Origin: Pseudomonas phage PaBG
DNA: 64,000 bases
Sequence record: KF147891.1
Reading direction: 5' to 3' (one strand)
Position 1 is the first letter of the stretch. Each line of letters starts with the position of its first letter. Both the position numbers and the translations under genes were made by a program. The notes under the pieces were generated by a model. It searched no databases. It saw only the letters and a list, made by a program, of their open reading frames with translations, and was not told where the DNA came from. Positions 17,778 through 26,857 of the stretch are shown piece after piece.

Positions 17778-17941
17778 CCGACAGGGTTGACTTCGAGCAA
17801 CTTTTGGGCGCAGGTTATCGCGAGGCTCAGACTATCAAACTCCGCGACGTCCAGATCGTAACCCGCGCGACTCAGCGAGGGTCCGCGATAGCCTTGCTCG
17901 GAAAACACACGACTACTTTTGAGCACACAGTACCGCTTCAT
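17717..17941 (-). CDS. hypothetical small protein (~75 aa)
   Basis: ORF; internal ATG chosen to limit overlap with 17913-18302. Confidence 0.25.
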   Translation of the reverse strand: MKRYCVLKSSRVFSEQGYRGPSLSRAGYDLDVAEFDSLSLAITCAQKLLEVNPVGWDVYDSTTGHKVWTTTVQS

Positions 17942-18302
17942 TATACAGGCCCTCGTTTCTGCGGGTTTCATAAATTTCGTGGTCGTACCGTTTAACTTCC
18001 AGTACCTTGACCTTGTAGTCTTTCGCACCGTGCATCCAAGAGCGATCTTTACCTAAGTCGAACTTGCGGTGTACCCGATAGTTGCTGCTGCCGCGACGAT
18101 TCGCATACGCGCCCATAATGGAAAGAGCTTCTGTCAGAAAGTTTGCGCGGACGTGGCCTACGAAAAAGTACTCCTCGCCGTCTATCGTGGAGATGAACTC
18201 TATTCTGAAAAGCGACAGGATTTGCTGGGCAGTGCTCAAGCTGCGGGCTTTTGGTGTGGCACTGCGAATGCTGCGGCGATTCAGGTCTTTTCCAAAGAGC
18301 AT
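17913..18302 (-). CDS. hypothetical protein (129 aa)
   Basis: AGGAA RBS before ATG 18302. Confidence 0.5.
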   Translation of the reverse strand: MLFGKDLNRRSIRSATPKARSLSTAQQILSLFRIEFISTIDGEEYFFVGHVRANFLTEALSIMGAYANRRGSSNYRVHRKFDLGKDRSWMHGAKDYKVKVLEVKRYDHEIYETRRNEGLYNEAVLCAQK

Positions 18303-18373
18303 CGTGTTATTCCTTATGGCATGTTCGGTACAATCCCACTAGCCACTCGTTGGAATGGCTAGGCTGATTTATC

Positions 18374-18748
18374 CTACTTCAATTCAAACGGCTTCGGCAG
18401 GGTGGAGAGCAAGACGTCCTCGAGAGTTAGCGGCACGTAGTCACTCATAAACCCGTCACGCCCATGCAAGGCATCGTTCACGATCTTGTAGGCGTCGCTG
18501 CCTGCGAGTACGTGCTGACCGCGTGCATTCTCGTTGATGACCTTCACCACGGTCTGGCTGGTGTCCGCCGGCACCACAGTGTGGATCGAGTAGCCTTGAC
18601 TGCGGAGTTCGTCGGCTTCACGGGCCATCCGCAGGCGACCTACGATGAAGCGCAATTCATCCGCAGCTTGGCGCTGCATGATACGATCGGCGACTTGAGT
18701 GCCGAATTTGGTGAGCGCGAAGTTGTACTCGTCTCGGGTAAGGCGCAT
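18374..18748 (-). CDS. hypothetical protein (~124 aa)
   Basis: Strong AAGGAGG RBS before ATG 18748. Confidence 0.55.
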   Translation of the reverse strand: MRLTRDEYNFALTKFGTQVADRIMQRQAADELRFIVGRLRMAREADELRSQGYSIHTVVPADTSQTVVKVINENARGQHVLAGSDAYKIVNDALHGRDGFMSDYVPLTLEDVLLSTLPKPFELK

Positions 18749-18809
18749 GATAACCTCCTTATGTGTTCGGTTCATTCACGCTGCCCACTCCTCGAATGGG
18801 CAGAAAGAA

Positions 18810-19433
18810 TTATCCGTCAGCAAACTCCTCACGGTCCGCAGCACGGTTGCGGTCGCGGCAGGTCGTACACAACTCGTACAGTCGGCAGTTCCCCTCGGTA
18901 GGGTCACGATACTGCACGCGCTTGTCTACGCGGAGTTTGCACTTGTCGCAGTGCCCAGGGTTGTTCACCCGCAGGTAGTAGTGCTCACTCTTACCTTGTT
19001 CGTCGAACACAGGCAGCGGGTACTGGTCACCGTCGTCGTGGTGCGTGGTGATATAAGGCTCACCCAGCGACGGATTCACCACGCGGTAGTATTGCGCACG
19101 TGGCAAGCCTTTCGGTGTCACCCAGAGCACGCCCGGCTTCTCGGCGTACGGGTCAATCTCCGCCTCTGTATCAACCAGCTCCTCGATCGGGAGCGGGTTG
19201 TTATCGGCAAACGTGAAGATCGGAATCCACTCGTCTGTCTCGTAGCGATACTTCCAGAGGCTGTCAGCCATGCCCGGCACTTCGAGAAGCTGCGCTTCGG
19301 TGCAGTGCGAGTTCTGGATGACCTGGCGCGTATCGTTGGCCATGAAGCCCAGGTGCGGGCTGTCGCGCAGTTCCAGCTCTACGAAAATCTGGCGCAGTGT
19401 ATACACGTGGCCGGACTTGGGGTAGTTTTTCAT
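18810..19433 (-). CDS. Cys-rich (zinc-finger-like) protein (207 aa)
   Basis: C-terminal HCDKCKLRVDKRVQYRDPTEGNCRLYELCTTCRDRN; AGGAG RBS. Confidence 0.5.
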   Translation of the reverse strand: MKNYPKSGHVYTLRQIFVELELRDSPHLGFMANDTRQVIQNSHCTEAQLLEVPGMADSLWKYRYETDEWIPIFTFADNNPLPIEELVDTEAEIDPYAEKPGVLWVTPKGLPRAQYYRVVNPSLGEPYITTHHDDGDQYPLPVFDEQGKSEHYYLRVNNPGHCDKCKLRVDKRVQYRDPTEGNCRLYELCTTCRDRNRAADREEFADG

Positions 19434-19463
19434 GTGATTCTCCTAGCTCATCTAGTTGATTGG

Positions 19464-19907
19464 TTACTTGCCGATGTTGATGCTGCGTTCCTCGAAGATT
19501 ATCTCGGTCATCCCGTGATGCAGCGAGGGGCCGAAGAAGTTCATGAACTCCCACATCGGCATTTCCATGCGCCCGTCGTTGTCAGTAACGATCTGGCGCG
19601 GTTGAAGTTTGGTGCCTTGCACTTCGGCACGCGCCAGGGTCTTGAACAGGCGGCGACCATCTTGCGTTAGTTTGAACATCACCGCACTGTTCAGCGAAAC
19701 GACACGCGACGGTGTGATCGTGGTGCGCAACTGCGGGACGCGAATCTCCACGTCGTGCGGGATGACCACCCAGCGTTCGCAGAAGCACTGGAAGGGCTCG
19801 CCGATGCGGTGCCCGTCACTGCCCATAGACATCACGGTGTTGCAGTGCGGGCAGCGGAAGTTGATACTGGTTGCAGCGATTTCGGTGATCGGACGAATAT
19901 CTTTCAT
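19464..19907 (-). CDS. zinc-ribbon protein (~148 aa)
   Basis: CPHCNT...CFCERW motif; AAGGAGA RBS before ATG 19907. Confidence 0.5.
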   Translation of the reverse strand: MKDIRPITEIAATSINFRCPHCNTVMSMGSDGHRIGEPFQCFCERWVVIPHDVEIRVPQLRTTITPSRVVSLNSAVMFKLTQDGRRLFKTLARAEVQGTKLQPRQIVTDNDGRMEMPMWEFMNFFGPSLHHGMTEIIFEERSINIGK

Positions 19908-19917
19908 GGTCGTCTCC

Positions 19918-20508
19918 TTACTCGCCACGACGATGGCGAGTGTGCAGTGCAACGAGCAGGTCATCTACCAGTTCGCCAACGTCGTCTTGGATATACGCAC
20001 GCAGGTCACGAACTTTTGCAGCCACGGTAACAGCATCCGAATTTTCAAGGATGCGCTTGAACGAAAGGCTGCGACCGTAGGTGTGGCTGAACGGCTTCAA
20101 CACCGCCTTGTTGTTGATCAATTGTGCAGTCAGAACACGACTGCCGTTAGATTGCAGCTCCAGTGTAACTGTGGCGACCGCACGCCCAAACTTCTTGGAG
20201 ACGATGCTCAGGACGTTGTCCTTACGCACAAGGCGGAACATTGCATCGTCACGAACCAACAGGCGCAGCTCGGACATACCGAACAGGCGGGTGATGCTCA
20301 GACGCGAAAGCAGCGCGCTGGTCTCGGCAGCCCGTTGTTGTGCGCGGGTCAGCGGCTTGGTCGAGGCAGCAGGCTTGCGTACTTGAGGCTTACGCGGTGC
20401 TTGCTTCTCCATGCGCAGTTCGCACGCAGCGAGGTGCTTCTTGTTGCCGAGTACAAACTTGTCGGCAGCGGCTTTCATGGAGGCGATAACGGATTCGGTA
20501 GTTTTCAT
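19918..20508 (-). CDS. hypothetical protein (196 aa)
   Basis: AAGGAG RBS; first gene downstream of conserved box + AGTGGTTAC box. Confidence 0.55.
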   Translation of the reverse strand: MKTTESVIASMKAAADKFVLGNKKHLAACELRMEKQAPRKPQVRKPAASTKPLTRAQQRAAETSALLSRLSITRLFGMSELRLLVRDDAMFRLVRKDNVLSIVSKKFGRAVATVTLELQSNGSRVLTAQLINNKAVLKPFSHTYGRSLSFKRILENSDAVTVAAKVRDLRAYIQDDVGELVDDLLVALHTRHRRGE

Positions 20509-20574
20509 GGAGAGACTCCTTACATGTTCGTAATGTGCAAACTTTTTGGCGTCTGCTTTACCTTAACTAAGATC

Positions 20575-20583
20575 GTAACCACT
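20575..20583 (-). promoter_or_regulatory. AGTGGTTAC box 40 nt downstream of conserved box
   Basis: Matches 4405-4413 arrangement; an inverted copy lies at 20711-20719 on the plus strand. Confidence 0.4.
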
Positions 20584-20623
20584 ACTGGTTGAGCAGGGTC
20601 AGACTTTCGTAGTGTCATTATCT

Positions 20624-20646
20624 CATAACTGCGATCAGTCGTCTAC
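20624..20646 (-). promoter_or_regulatory. conserved 23-bp box, copy 3 (GTAGACGACTGATCGCAGTTATG)
   Basis: In 256-bp intergenic region downstream of terminator 20731-20764. Confidence 0.5.
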
Positions 20647-20730
20647 AGACTTAATGGAAATATTTGTAGTTAAGGTATGTAGCGACCGTACTGCGGTGAC
20701 TCGCAAACGCAGTGGTTACGGAGATAGCTG

Positions 20731-20764
20731 AGGAAACGAAAAAGGGAGCCCGAAGGCTCCCTTG
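20731..20764 (-). terminator. conserved-family intrinsic terminator
   Basis: Perfect hairpin GGGAGCC-CGAA-GGCTCCC preceded on plus strand by ggaaacgaaaaa. Confidence 0.75.
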
Positions 20765-21100
20765 TCATAGCACCATGCCGATGCGAACCAGATACAGCTT
20801 GCCTTGGACGTGCAAACTTTTCTGGTCAGTGATTTCGTATGGCAGCAACAGGCCGGCATACTTGCGCCACTTCTTGTCCAGATACTTCACAGCATCCGGC
20901 TTGGTGATCGCGGCATTGAACACCTCGAACCGCTTCCACTGCTTCTCAGTCAGCTCATCCCCGTTGACTGTCAGACCGCGCAGAGCTTGCAGCGCTTTGA
21001 GCACCTTCTTATCCAGCTCCTTGTGGTCTGGGATGAAGAACATCTGGATGCCCTCGGGGATGGTTTCGTAGGTCAGCAGAATCGAACGGGACTCACTCAT
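20765..21100 (-). CDS. hypothetical protein (111 aa)
   Basis: ORF followed by perfect hairpin terminator. Confidence 0.5.
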   Translation of the reverse strand: MSESRSILLTYETIPEGIQMFFIPDHKELDKKVLKALQALRGLTVNGDELTEKQWKRFEVFNAAITKPDAVKYLDKKWRKYAGLLLPYEITDQKSLHVQGKLYLVRIGMVL

Positions 21101-21641
21101 AGTCGAGTGCCTCGTAACGGTGCGTTGTGAACAGCTTGTGCTCTGCTATCTGCTCCACTTGGTGGAACTTCGGAGGCAGCGGCGGCATGAAGGTATCGCC
21201 GACGTAGCTGTACGTCAGGTGCGTGATGATCGCCTCATCGACGTGCACCTTACCTTCGAAGGCCGCTTCGTACAGGCTCTTACCGCCGATGATAAACACT
21301 CGGCCGTCTTCGCTCAACTGCACGGCTTGTTCGACCAGGCGATTCAGGTCGTCGCTGACGGTGAACAGCTTGATGTGGTCGAAGTTGACAGAGGTGACGT
21401 CCTGCGTGAGCACGCACGGGGCTCGCGTCTGCCAGACCGAACGCGGCATGGACTCGAACGTGCGGCGACCACAGATCAGTGGACTGGTGCCAGTGATCTT
21501 CTTGAACAGCGCCAGTTCTTCTGGGATGTGCCACGGCAGTTTGCCCTTGTCGCCGATGCAGTCGTTTGCAGCCACTGCGGCGATGAGGATAACCTTCGGA
21601 GTCTTCTCAGCTTCCACTGGTTGTTTCTTCTTAGTAGGCAT
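21093..21641 (-). CDS. folA: dihydrofolate reductase (~182 aa)
   Basis: VILIAAVAANDCIGDKGKLPWHIPEELALFKKITGTSPLICGRRTFESMP ... VFIIGGKSLYEAAF are hallmark DHFR motifs; AGGAAG RBS before ATG 21641. Confidence 0.85.
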   Translation of the reverse strand: MPTKKKQPVEAEKTPKVILIAAVAANDCIGDKGKLPWHIPEELALFKKITGTSPLICGRRTFESMPRSVWQTRAPCVLTQDVTSVNFDHIKLFTVSDDLNRLVEQAVQLSEDGRVFIIGGKSLYEAAFEGKVHVDEAIITHLTYSYVGDTFMPPLPPKFHQVEQIAEHKLFTTHRYEALDYE

Positions 21642-22086
21642 CCGGGTCTTCCTCGCTGTGTGCGCGACGCAAAGCCGAGAAGCCTTGCTGCAGGTGAGTG
21701 TTGGCAATGTTCAGCCAGCGGCCGTGTCCGCCCTGAACCAAATTGCGCGACATATCGACAGCATCTTTCGACAGTTGCGCGGCTGCATCAATCAGCAGCT
21801 CGATTTCCGCACGTACGGCTTCTTCGCGCTCGCGGATTTCGTTACCATCGATGGCGACTGTCATGCGGTTACCGCCAGTGAAGAACTCGACGTTCACACC
21901 GCCAGATCGAGGATTCCCAGCGACGGAGAAGCCCTGCCCGATCATCGGATGCACGTTGGCATTCAAGTGCGCACTCATTTCACGGTACAGCACTTCGTCC
22001 ATTTGCTGACCCTGGAAGACAGCCAGACGATCAGCCAGAATCAACTTCGCTACGTCGGCAGAGACGTTCAGATTGAGATGGGTCAT
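21631..22086 (-). CDS. hypothetical protein (~151 aa)
   Basis: Strong AGGAGG RBS before ATG 22086. Confidence 0.5.
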   Translation of the reverse strand: MTHLNLNVSADVAKLILADRLAVFQGQQMDEVLYREMSAHLNANVHPMIGQGFSVAGNPRSGGVNVEFFTGGNRMTVAIDGNEIREREEAVRAEIELLIDAAAQLSKDAVDMSRNLVQGGHGRWLNIANTHLQQGFSALRRAHSEEDPDAY

Positions 22087-22523
22087 TATACCTCCTGAAG
22101 GGTGTTGACGCGCCACGGGGCGGAAACAGATGAGGGCGACAGATCGGGCGAACCTGGCAAGCACATATCGCCACGTTGCAGCGACTTGTTCATGGACTCT
22201 GCGAAAGCCATGCCTGTTGCTTCGAGTTTACCCACAGGCATGGCACATGCGTAGATCGCAATGCCAATTCGCGGATCACTGTGGTAGGCATTCTTGGGCG
22301 CTACGATATTGCTGGGTAGCACATGGCGACCTCGCTTATCGATGCCAAGCTGCGAACTCACTGCGACCAGTTTGAGCTGGGCGTCTTCATCGATGTGTAG
22401 CACGACGAAAACATCCACAAGCGTCTGGCCATTCGCTTGGTGCAAACCCTTGGGATGGTACCAGGTGATTCTGCGACTAGCCCGACGACCGCACAGAGTG
22501 GTGCGATAGCGTTCCTGTTTCAT
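22086..22523 (-). CDS. hypothetical protein (145 aa)
   Basis: AGGAG RBS. Confidence 0.5.
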   Translation of the reverse strand: MKQERYRTTLCGRRASRRITWYHPKGLHQANGQTLVDVFVVLHIDEDAQLKLVAVSSQLGIDKRGRHVLPSNIVAPKNAYHSDPRIGIAIYACAMPVGKLEATGMAFAESMNKSLQRGDMCLPGSPDLSPSSVSAPWRVNTLQEV

Positions 22524-22659
22524 TTGGTTCTTCGCTCCTTTCGCATACGAGCCTTCTCGCCCTTACTTCTTTTCCTGGGCTGGTGCGGATCGTCGGCGAC
22601 GTGCTGTGGGTTGGCAATGGCTTGAGCTAACGCCAAAGCGCTGAGCTTCATCATGAGCC

Positions 22660-24198
22660 TCATCCCATGAGAATCCAGTCGAGCGAGACCACCTCGTCGA
22701 TGGCTTCGGCTATCGCTTCGTCCACGTCAATCCGCAGATCGCCGCGCTCCATGAAAACCCCAACGTCGAACGAACGATCCTGAGCTCCGTTGATTGCGGA
22801 CATCGGGAACTTCAGGTGCAGCACGCAGTTCTGCGCATCCGCCTGGAAGAACCGCTCGACGGGTGGTGTGACCATTCGATGGGTCACGAAGTGGTGCATT
22901 ACTTCCGACGCACGCTGCTGCAGGCTGAACCAGAAGCTGAGGTCGAACGGGCTGCCTTTGTCGCTATAGTCGCGGACATACTTGCTGACTTCGCGCAGCA
23001 CCGACACAACAACGATCAAGTCTGGAAGGACACCGCCGCGAACTGTTCGATTGCCCCAGACAACAGGGCCGCACATAGGCACCTGCCCGACGTAGTTCAT
23101 GCCATTCAGCGCGACGGTGTCACGCCAAGCTGCCGAACGCGGTTGCTTCCAGTCGAATTTGAATCGATCCAGGGCTTTGTCCGTCTTAGCTCCTGCAAGA
23201 GTACCGCCGACCTCCATCAGAATTGAGCGGATGGCCTCACTCGCCTGATCGATGAATATGTCGTTCGCGTTGATGCAGTACCACAGACCGACCTTGGGTT
23301 TGAGAGTTGCGTCGGTCGTGACATTGATCTTGAGAGGCGGGAACTCGATCTGCGAACTGGATGCGCTTTGGACTTCAACGATCTTCTGAATAGGATGCGT
23401 ATCCAGAGTCGCCACGTGCTTGGTGCAGCCGCGCAAGTTGTCGCGCCGAGTCTCCCACGGTCCTTTGGATTTCAGAGTGCGCTCTTGCACAGTGATCGAC
23501 TTCATGAGGACCATAGCCTCGTCGTAAGTCAACACGTCCTCACTCGCAGAACCCCAGCAATGCCTCCAGAGGTTCCACACCTCTTGGTACCCTGCAGGAT
23601 TCCAGCGACCAATCGCGTAATGTCCAGCCACACCATCCGCACGATCTACCAGATACGGCACCCAAGGCGTTTTGGTTTTCGCAGGCTTATCGGCATTGAT
23701 GCACGCAGGACACGTCGGACGAGAACCGCCCCAGAGTTCTTCTGGAGTGTACTCGCCGGAGTTGAGCAGCTCCAGATCACGCGCGGTTGGAACGCAGCAA
23801 AGAACGGCACTACTGTTCGTATGCGTGAACAGCAAGGCACGGAAGTCTTCGTGTTCAACGATCTGTGCAGCTACCCGTTCGTGCATGTTGCCGGCATCTT
23901 CACCTTGAGCGAAAGCGCGCTTCCACGCTTCTGCGGACAGCGCACTCGGGACCTGCAATATCGGCACGAAGCCCCACGCATCTGGACTGGGCTCCATGCG
24001 GTCCAAGAAATTGGCAAGCGACTTGCTCCACTTCTTGCCATTCATGCCGATATAGCTCACCGTGATCGGGTATTCCTCGTTACGGCCCGGATCAGCTTCC
24101 GCGTTCGTGATGTCATACACGGTGTAGCTGATCTTGTTCTTTTTGTGCACCCACGGACTACCGATTCGTGGAATGCCATTCTCGTCGCAGTTCATCAT
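22660..24198 (-). CDS. large protein with DUF1653-like N-terminus and uncharacterised ~430-aa body (512 aa)
   Basis: N-terminal ISYTVYDITNAEADPG...EYPITVSYIGMNGKKWSKSLANFLDRMEP resembles DUF1653; remainder unassigned. Confidence 0.5.
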   Translation of the reverse strand: MMNCDENGIPRIGSPWVHKKNKISYTVYDITNAEADPGRNEEYPITVSYIGMNGKKWSKSLANFLDRMEPSPDAWGFVPILQVPSALSAEAWKRAFAQGEDAGNMHERVAAQIVEHEDFRALLFTHTNSSAVLCCVPTARDLELLNSGEYTPEELWGGSRPTCPACINADKPAKTKTPWVPYLVDRADGVAGHYAIGRWNPAGYQEVWNLWRHCWGSASEDVLTYDEAMVLMKSITVQERTLKSKGPWETRRDNLRGCTKHVATLDTHPIQKIVEVQSASSSQIEFPPLKINVTTDATLKPKVGLWYCINANDIFIDQASEAIRSILMEVGGTLAGAKTDKALDRFKFDWKQPRSAAWRDTVALNGMNYVGQVPMCGPVVWGNRTVRGGVLPDLIVVVSVLREVSKYVRDYSDKGSPFDLSFWFSLQQRASEVMHHFVTHRMVTPPVERFFQADAQNCVLHLKFPMSAINGAQDRSFDVGVFMERGDLRIDVDEAIAEAIDEVVSLDWILMG

Positions 24199-24818
24199 GG
24201 CTTCAACCCCAAAATGTTGGCGTAGATACCGACATCGCGGCTTACACGGCCGCTCCAGCCGTAGTAAAATTCCTCGTCCTTCTGGCGCTTCTGGACGAGC
24301 TGCAGGTAGTGATGGCCTTGCTCAGCAAGTAGCGCGATGAGCATTCGGTTGACACCTTCAGCACCGCGCTTGGCGATGTAAGCATCGAGCGCTTTGAGGG
24401 TCTTGTCTCCGATCCAGCCATCGACTTTCAGGTCGGCGTACAGCGTACCCTGATTGTTGTTGGCGTTGAGCACCTGCTGGAAATACGACCCGGCGGTGGT
24501 CACGCCCATGTTGATCGCCATGTCGAACAACTTGTCGGCAAACAGCGCGTGACGCTTCATCAGATCGTCAGCATACAGGCGCGACCAGAAGTGGGTCTCG
24601 TACAGCCAGTAGGCCATATCGATGCTCAGGTTGCGCATCGTGCCGTCCCAGCCGAACTGCACAACTAGCTGGTCACGGTAGTCGTTGGCGAGAGCAGCAG
24701 TAATGCCATGGTTGGTCTCACCGCCGCTGTCCTTCTTGTTGTTGACGTAGCCGCCTTCGACCGCAGTCTTGTCTGCGATGATGGCACGCGGAGTGAAGTC
24801 TGCGTACTTGGAGAGCAT
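24195..24818 (-). CDS. endolysin, GH108-type muramidase with PG_binding_3-like C-terminus (~207 aa)
   Basis: TPRAIIADKTAVEGGYVNNKKDSGGETNHGIT matches GH108 signature (EGGY...D.GG.T..GIT). Confidence 0.7.
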   Translation of the reverse strand: MLSKYADFTPRAIIADKTAVEGGYVNNKKDSGGETNHGITAALANDYRDQLVVQFGWDGTMRNLSIDMAYWLYETHFWSRLYADDLMKRHALFADKLFDMAINMGVTTAGSYFQQVLNANNNQGTLYADLKVDGWIGDKTLKALDAYIAKRGAEGVNRMLIALLAEQGHHYLQLVQKRQKDEEFYYGWSGRVSRDVGIYANILGLKP

Positions 24819-25387
24819 CAGTACAAGCCTCCGTCTACGCCAGTCTCGAACGTGGTCTTCACGCTCTCGGACATGATGACAGGATAATCGTCCGGACCGC
24901 CGGCACAGCCGATGTTCAGCGTGGGCATACCCATGAGGCCGAGAATCCACTTGTCCGGTACTTGGCGAGCGCGCACGCAGGCGATCTGCTTGCGGTCAAT
25001 CAGCATCTTCTCGGCGTTCTCGAAGCCGCTGCGGCCCACGTCGATGATGTTGATGATCTTCTGGTAGATGGCAGGATCGGGCGCGACGTTGTGCTCTTTC
25101 AACATCAGGACGTAAGCCTTGTAGCCGCCATCGCCGGAACGCGCCTTGATCTGCTCGGTAACGGTCTGCTTGATGTCATCCACGCTGAGCTGGCGAATGC
25201 CGATCACCTCTTTCACCTTCTGGCTGAGGTTGTTCAGCACGGTTTGGCGCGAACGGTCGGAAGCAATGATGCCTTCCTCGATGTTCACGTAACCGTTGTA
25301 CTTGGAGACGAAGACGATCAGCAACAGTGCGGTCAGCGCACCGAGGACCATAGACACGACGAGGCCGGAGCCTTTTTGATTGTTCAT
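24818..25387 (-). CDS. LemA-like membrane protein (189 aa), tentative
   Basis: N-terminal TM (GLVVSMVLGALTALLLIVFV) then SKYNGYVNIEEG...QTVLNNL pattern resembling LemA family; lysis-cassette position. Confidence 0.35.
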   Translation of the reverse strand: MNNQKGSGLVVSMVLGALTALLLIVFVSKYNGYVNIEEGIIASDRSRQTVLNNLSQKVKEVIGIRQLSVDDIKQTVTEQIKARSGDGGYKAYVLMLKEHNVAPDPAIYQKIINIIDVGRSGFENAEKMLIDRKQIACVRARQVPDKWILGLMGMPTLNIGCAGGPDDYPVIMSESVKTTFETGVDGGLY

Positions 25388-25404
25388 TCTGGAAATTCCT
25401 TTGA

Positions 25405-26433
25405 TCAGTAACGGTAACGGCGAAGGCCGTAATTGCGACGGCGGTATTCACGGACCGCGACAAACATCGCCAGTCCGATGATGAGTATGTGCAACGCAAC
25501 GGTCCACAGTGGAGGACGATAGGCGTCTGCCATGAAGTTGTATTTCGACAGGTCTTCACGCTCGAAGAACGGCAGCGCCGAATCCAACGCAGCGACTATG
25601 TGCTCCTCATTGAACACACCGATGCGAGAAGCCTGCTCACGCAAAATCAGGTTGAAGTCTGCGTACTCTGCGTTGCGCTTGTTGGACGTGCTTCTGCCGA
25701 AGACATCGGCGCGCTTAACCGTAAGGTCTTTGTCCACATACAGCACCAGCACCGTGTCGTTCTTCTTACCTCCAGTCCACTCGTTGCGCAGAGCATCTGC
25801 GAAGCCTGCTGCCTTCTCATGGACAATGGCGACCATGGCATTCACTTGATACTTAGGTCCCCATTTCTGGTGTGCGACTCGCAACTGCCTGCCGAGTTCT
25901 TCGCAGTCTACGACGTTGCTCATGCAGCGATTGATGTGGTAGCCGTAGTAGATCGACGGGTACTGCGGCAACCAGCCGGCGTAACGAGCGTCCTTGTCGA
26001 ACAGCACGCTCTGGTCGTGGACATACTGGAAGTTAAAGAACAGCTTGTTACGAGCGAACGGTTGGCCTTTTTGGGCGGCATCCCAGATGTCAGGCGAGGT
26101 CTTGACGTAGGTGTACTCAGTGTAAGGGGCGCCAGTGTCAGAGTGGACGTCCCAGCGCCAGCGTGGTATCTCGCGGTAGCAAGTGTCTTTGCCGTCAGTG
26201 CCGCAACTGTACGACTCTTCCTCTGGGTCATAGGCCCAGGACTTCCCAGTAACACTACCGGACAACACCTCGAACGAAGACGCCTGTAGCATCAGCGAGC
26301 CGAAGTAAACCACGAATGCGGTGAGGATACCAACGCCGATGCCCAGAGCAAACTCCGTCTTGTCCTTGTATCGTTGGTAGACGAGGCACATGACGATAAT
26401 AGACAACAGGCTGTAGAAGAAAATTTCAATCAT
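25405..26433 (-). CDS. membrane protein with N- and C-terminal TM helices (342 aa)
   Basis: IFFYSLLSIIVMCLVY, GIGVGILTAFVVYFGSLML, C-terminal LWTVALHILIIGLAMFVAV; adjacent to endolysin. Confidence 0.5.
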   Translation of the reverse strand: MIEIFFYSLLSIIVMCLVYQRYKDKTEFALGIGVGILTAFVVYFGSLMLQASSFEVLSGSVTGKSWAYDPEEESYSCGTDGKDTCYREIPRWRWDVHSDTGAPYTEYTYVKTSPDIWDAAQKGQPFARNKLFFNFQYVHDQSVLFDKDARYAGWLPQYPSIYYGYHINRCMSNVVDCEELGRQLRVAHQKWGPKYQVNAMVAIVHEKAAGFADALRNEWTGGKKNDTVLVLYVDKDLTVKRADVFGRSTSNKRNAEYADFNLILREQASRIGVFNEEHIVAALDSALPFFEREDLSKYNFMADAYRPPLWTVALHILIIGLAMFVAVREYRRRNYGLRRYRY

Positions 26434-26849
26434 TTGTCAGCGTTCCTCATCATTGGAAACACGCAGTTATCTGGGACACGGGCGATAACGTAGATTGCGT
26501 TGTCTGCCACGGGGATCGCAACATCGAAATCGTGTGTTACACCGGAGTGTACACCTATGGCAATGCCTTCCACGGTCTTCACTTCTCGAACGGCCTGTTC
26601 GTCTTCCGGGTCGCTATCGAGCATGACCACGACTCGCCAGCCTATCTGAATACGTGCCGGCAGTGCTTCGGAGTTTTTGGCTTCGGCGATAATCTCCAGC
26701 AGCGCAGCGTGGTTGATGAAGGTGCCGTTGAGCCAACACATCGACATCGGAGGTTCCTCGTGCTGAGACTCCTCTTCCTGTGCAGCTTCCCGAGCAGCTT
26801 TGAGTAGTGCCTCGCGCTTCGAGTCCAACTCGATGATATTGCCGTCCAT
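26430..26849 (-). CDS. hypothetical acidic protein (139 aa)
   Basis: GAGG RBS. Confidence 0.45.
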   Translation of the reverse strand: MDGNIIELDSKREALLKAAREAAQEEESQHEEPPMSMCWLNGTFINHAALLEIIAEAKNSEALPARIQIGWRVVVMLDSDPEDEQAVREVKTVEGIAIGVHSGVTHDFDVAIPVADNAIYVIARVPDNCVFPMMRNADK

Positions 26850-26857
26850 AGATCACC

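Noticed and set aside
22660-24198. Thymidylate synthase / dCMP hydroxymethylase assignment for the 512-aa protein
   Set aside because: Apart from an isolated RWNP string there is no PCH catalytic motif, no LLWF/GDTN or DxFLG signatures, and the domain order does not fit ThyA.
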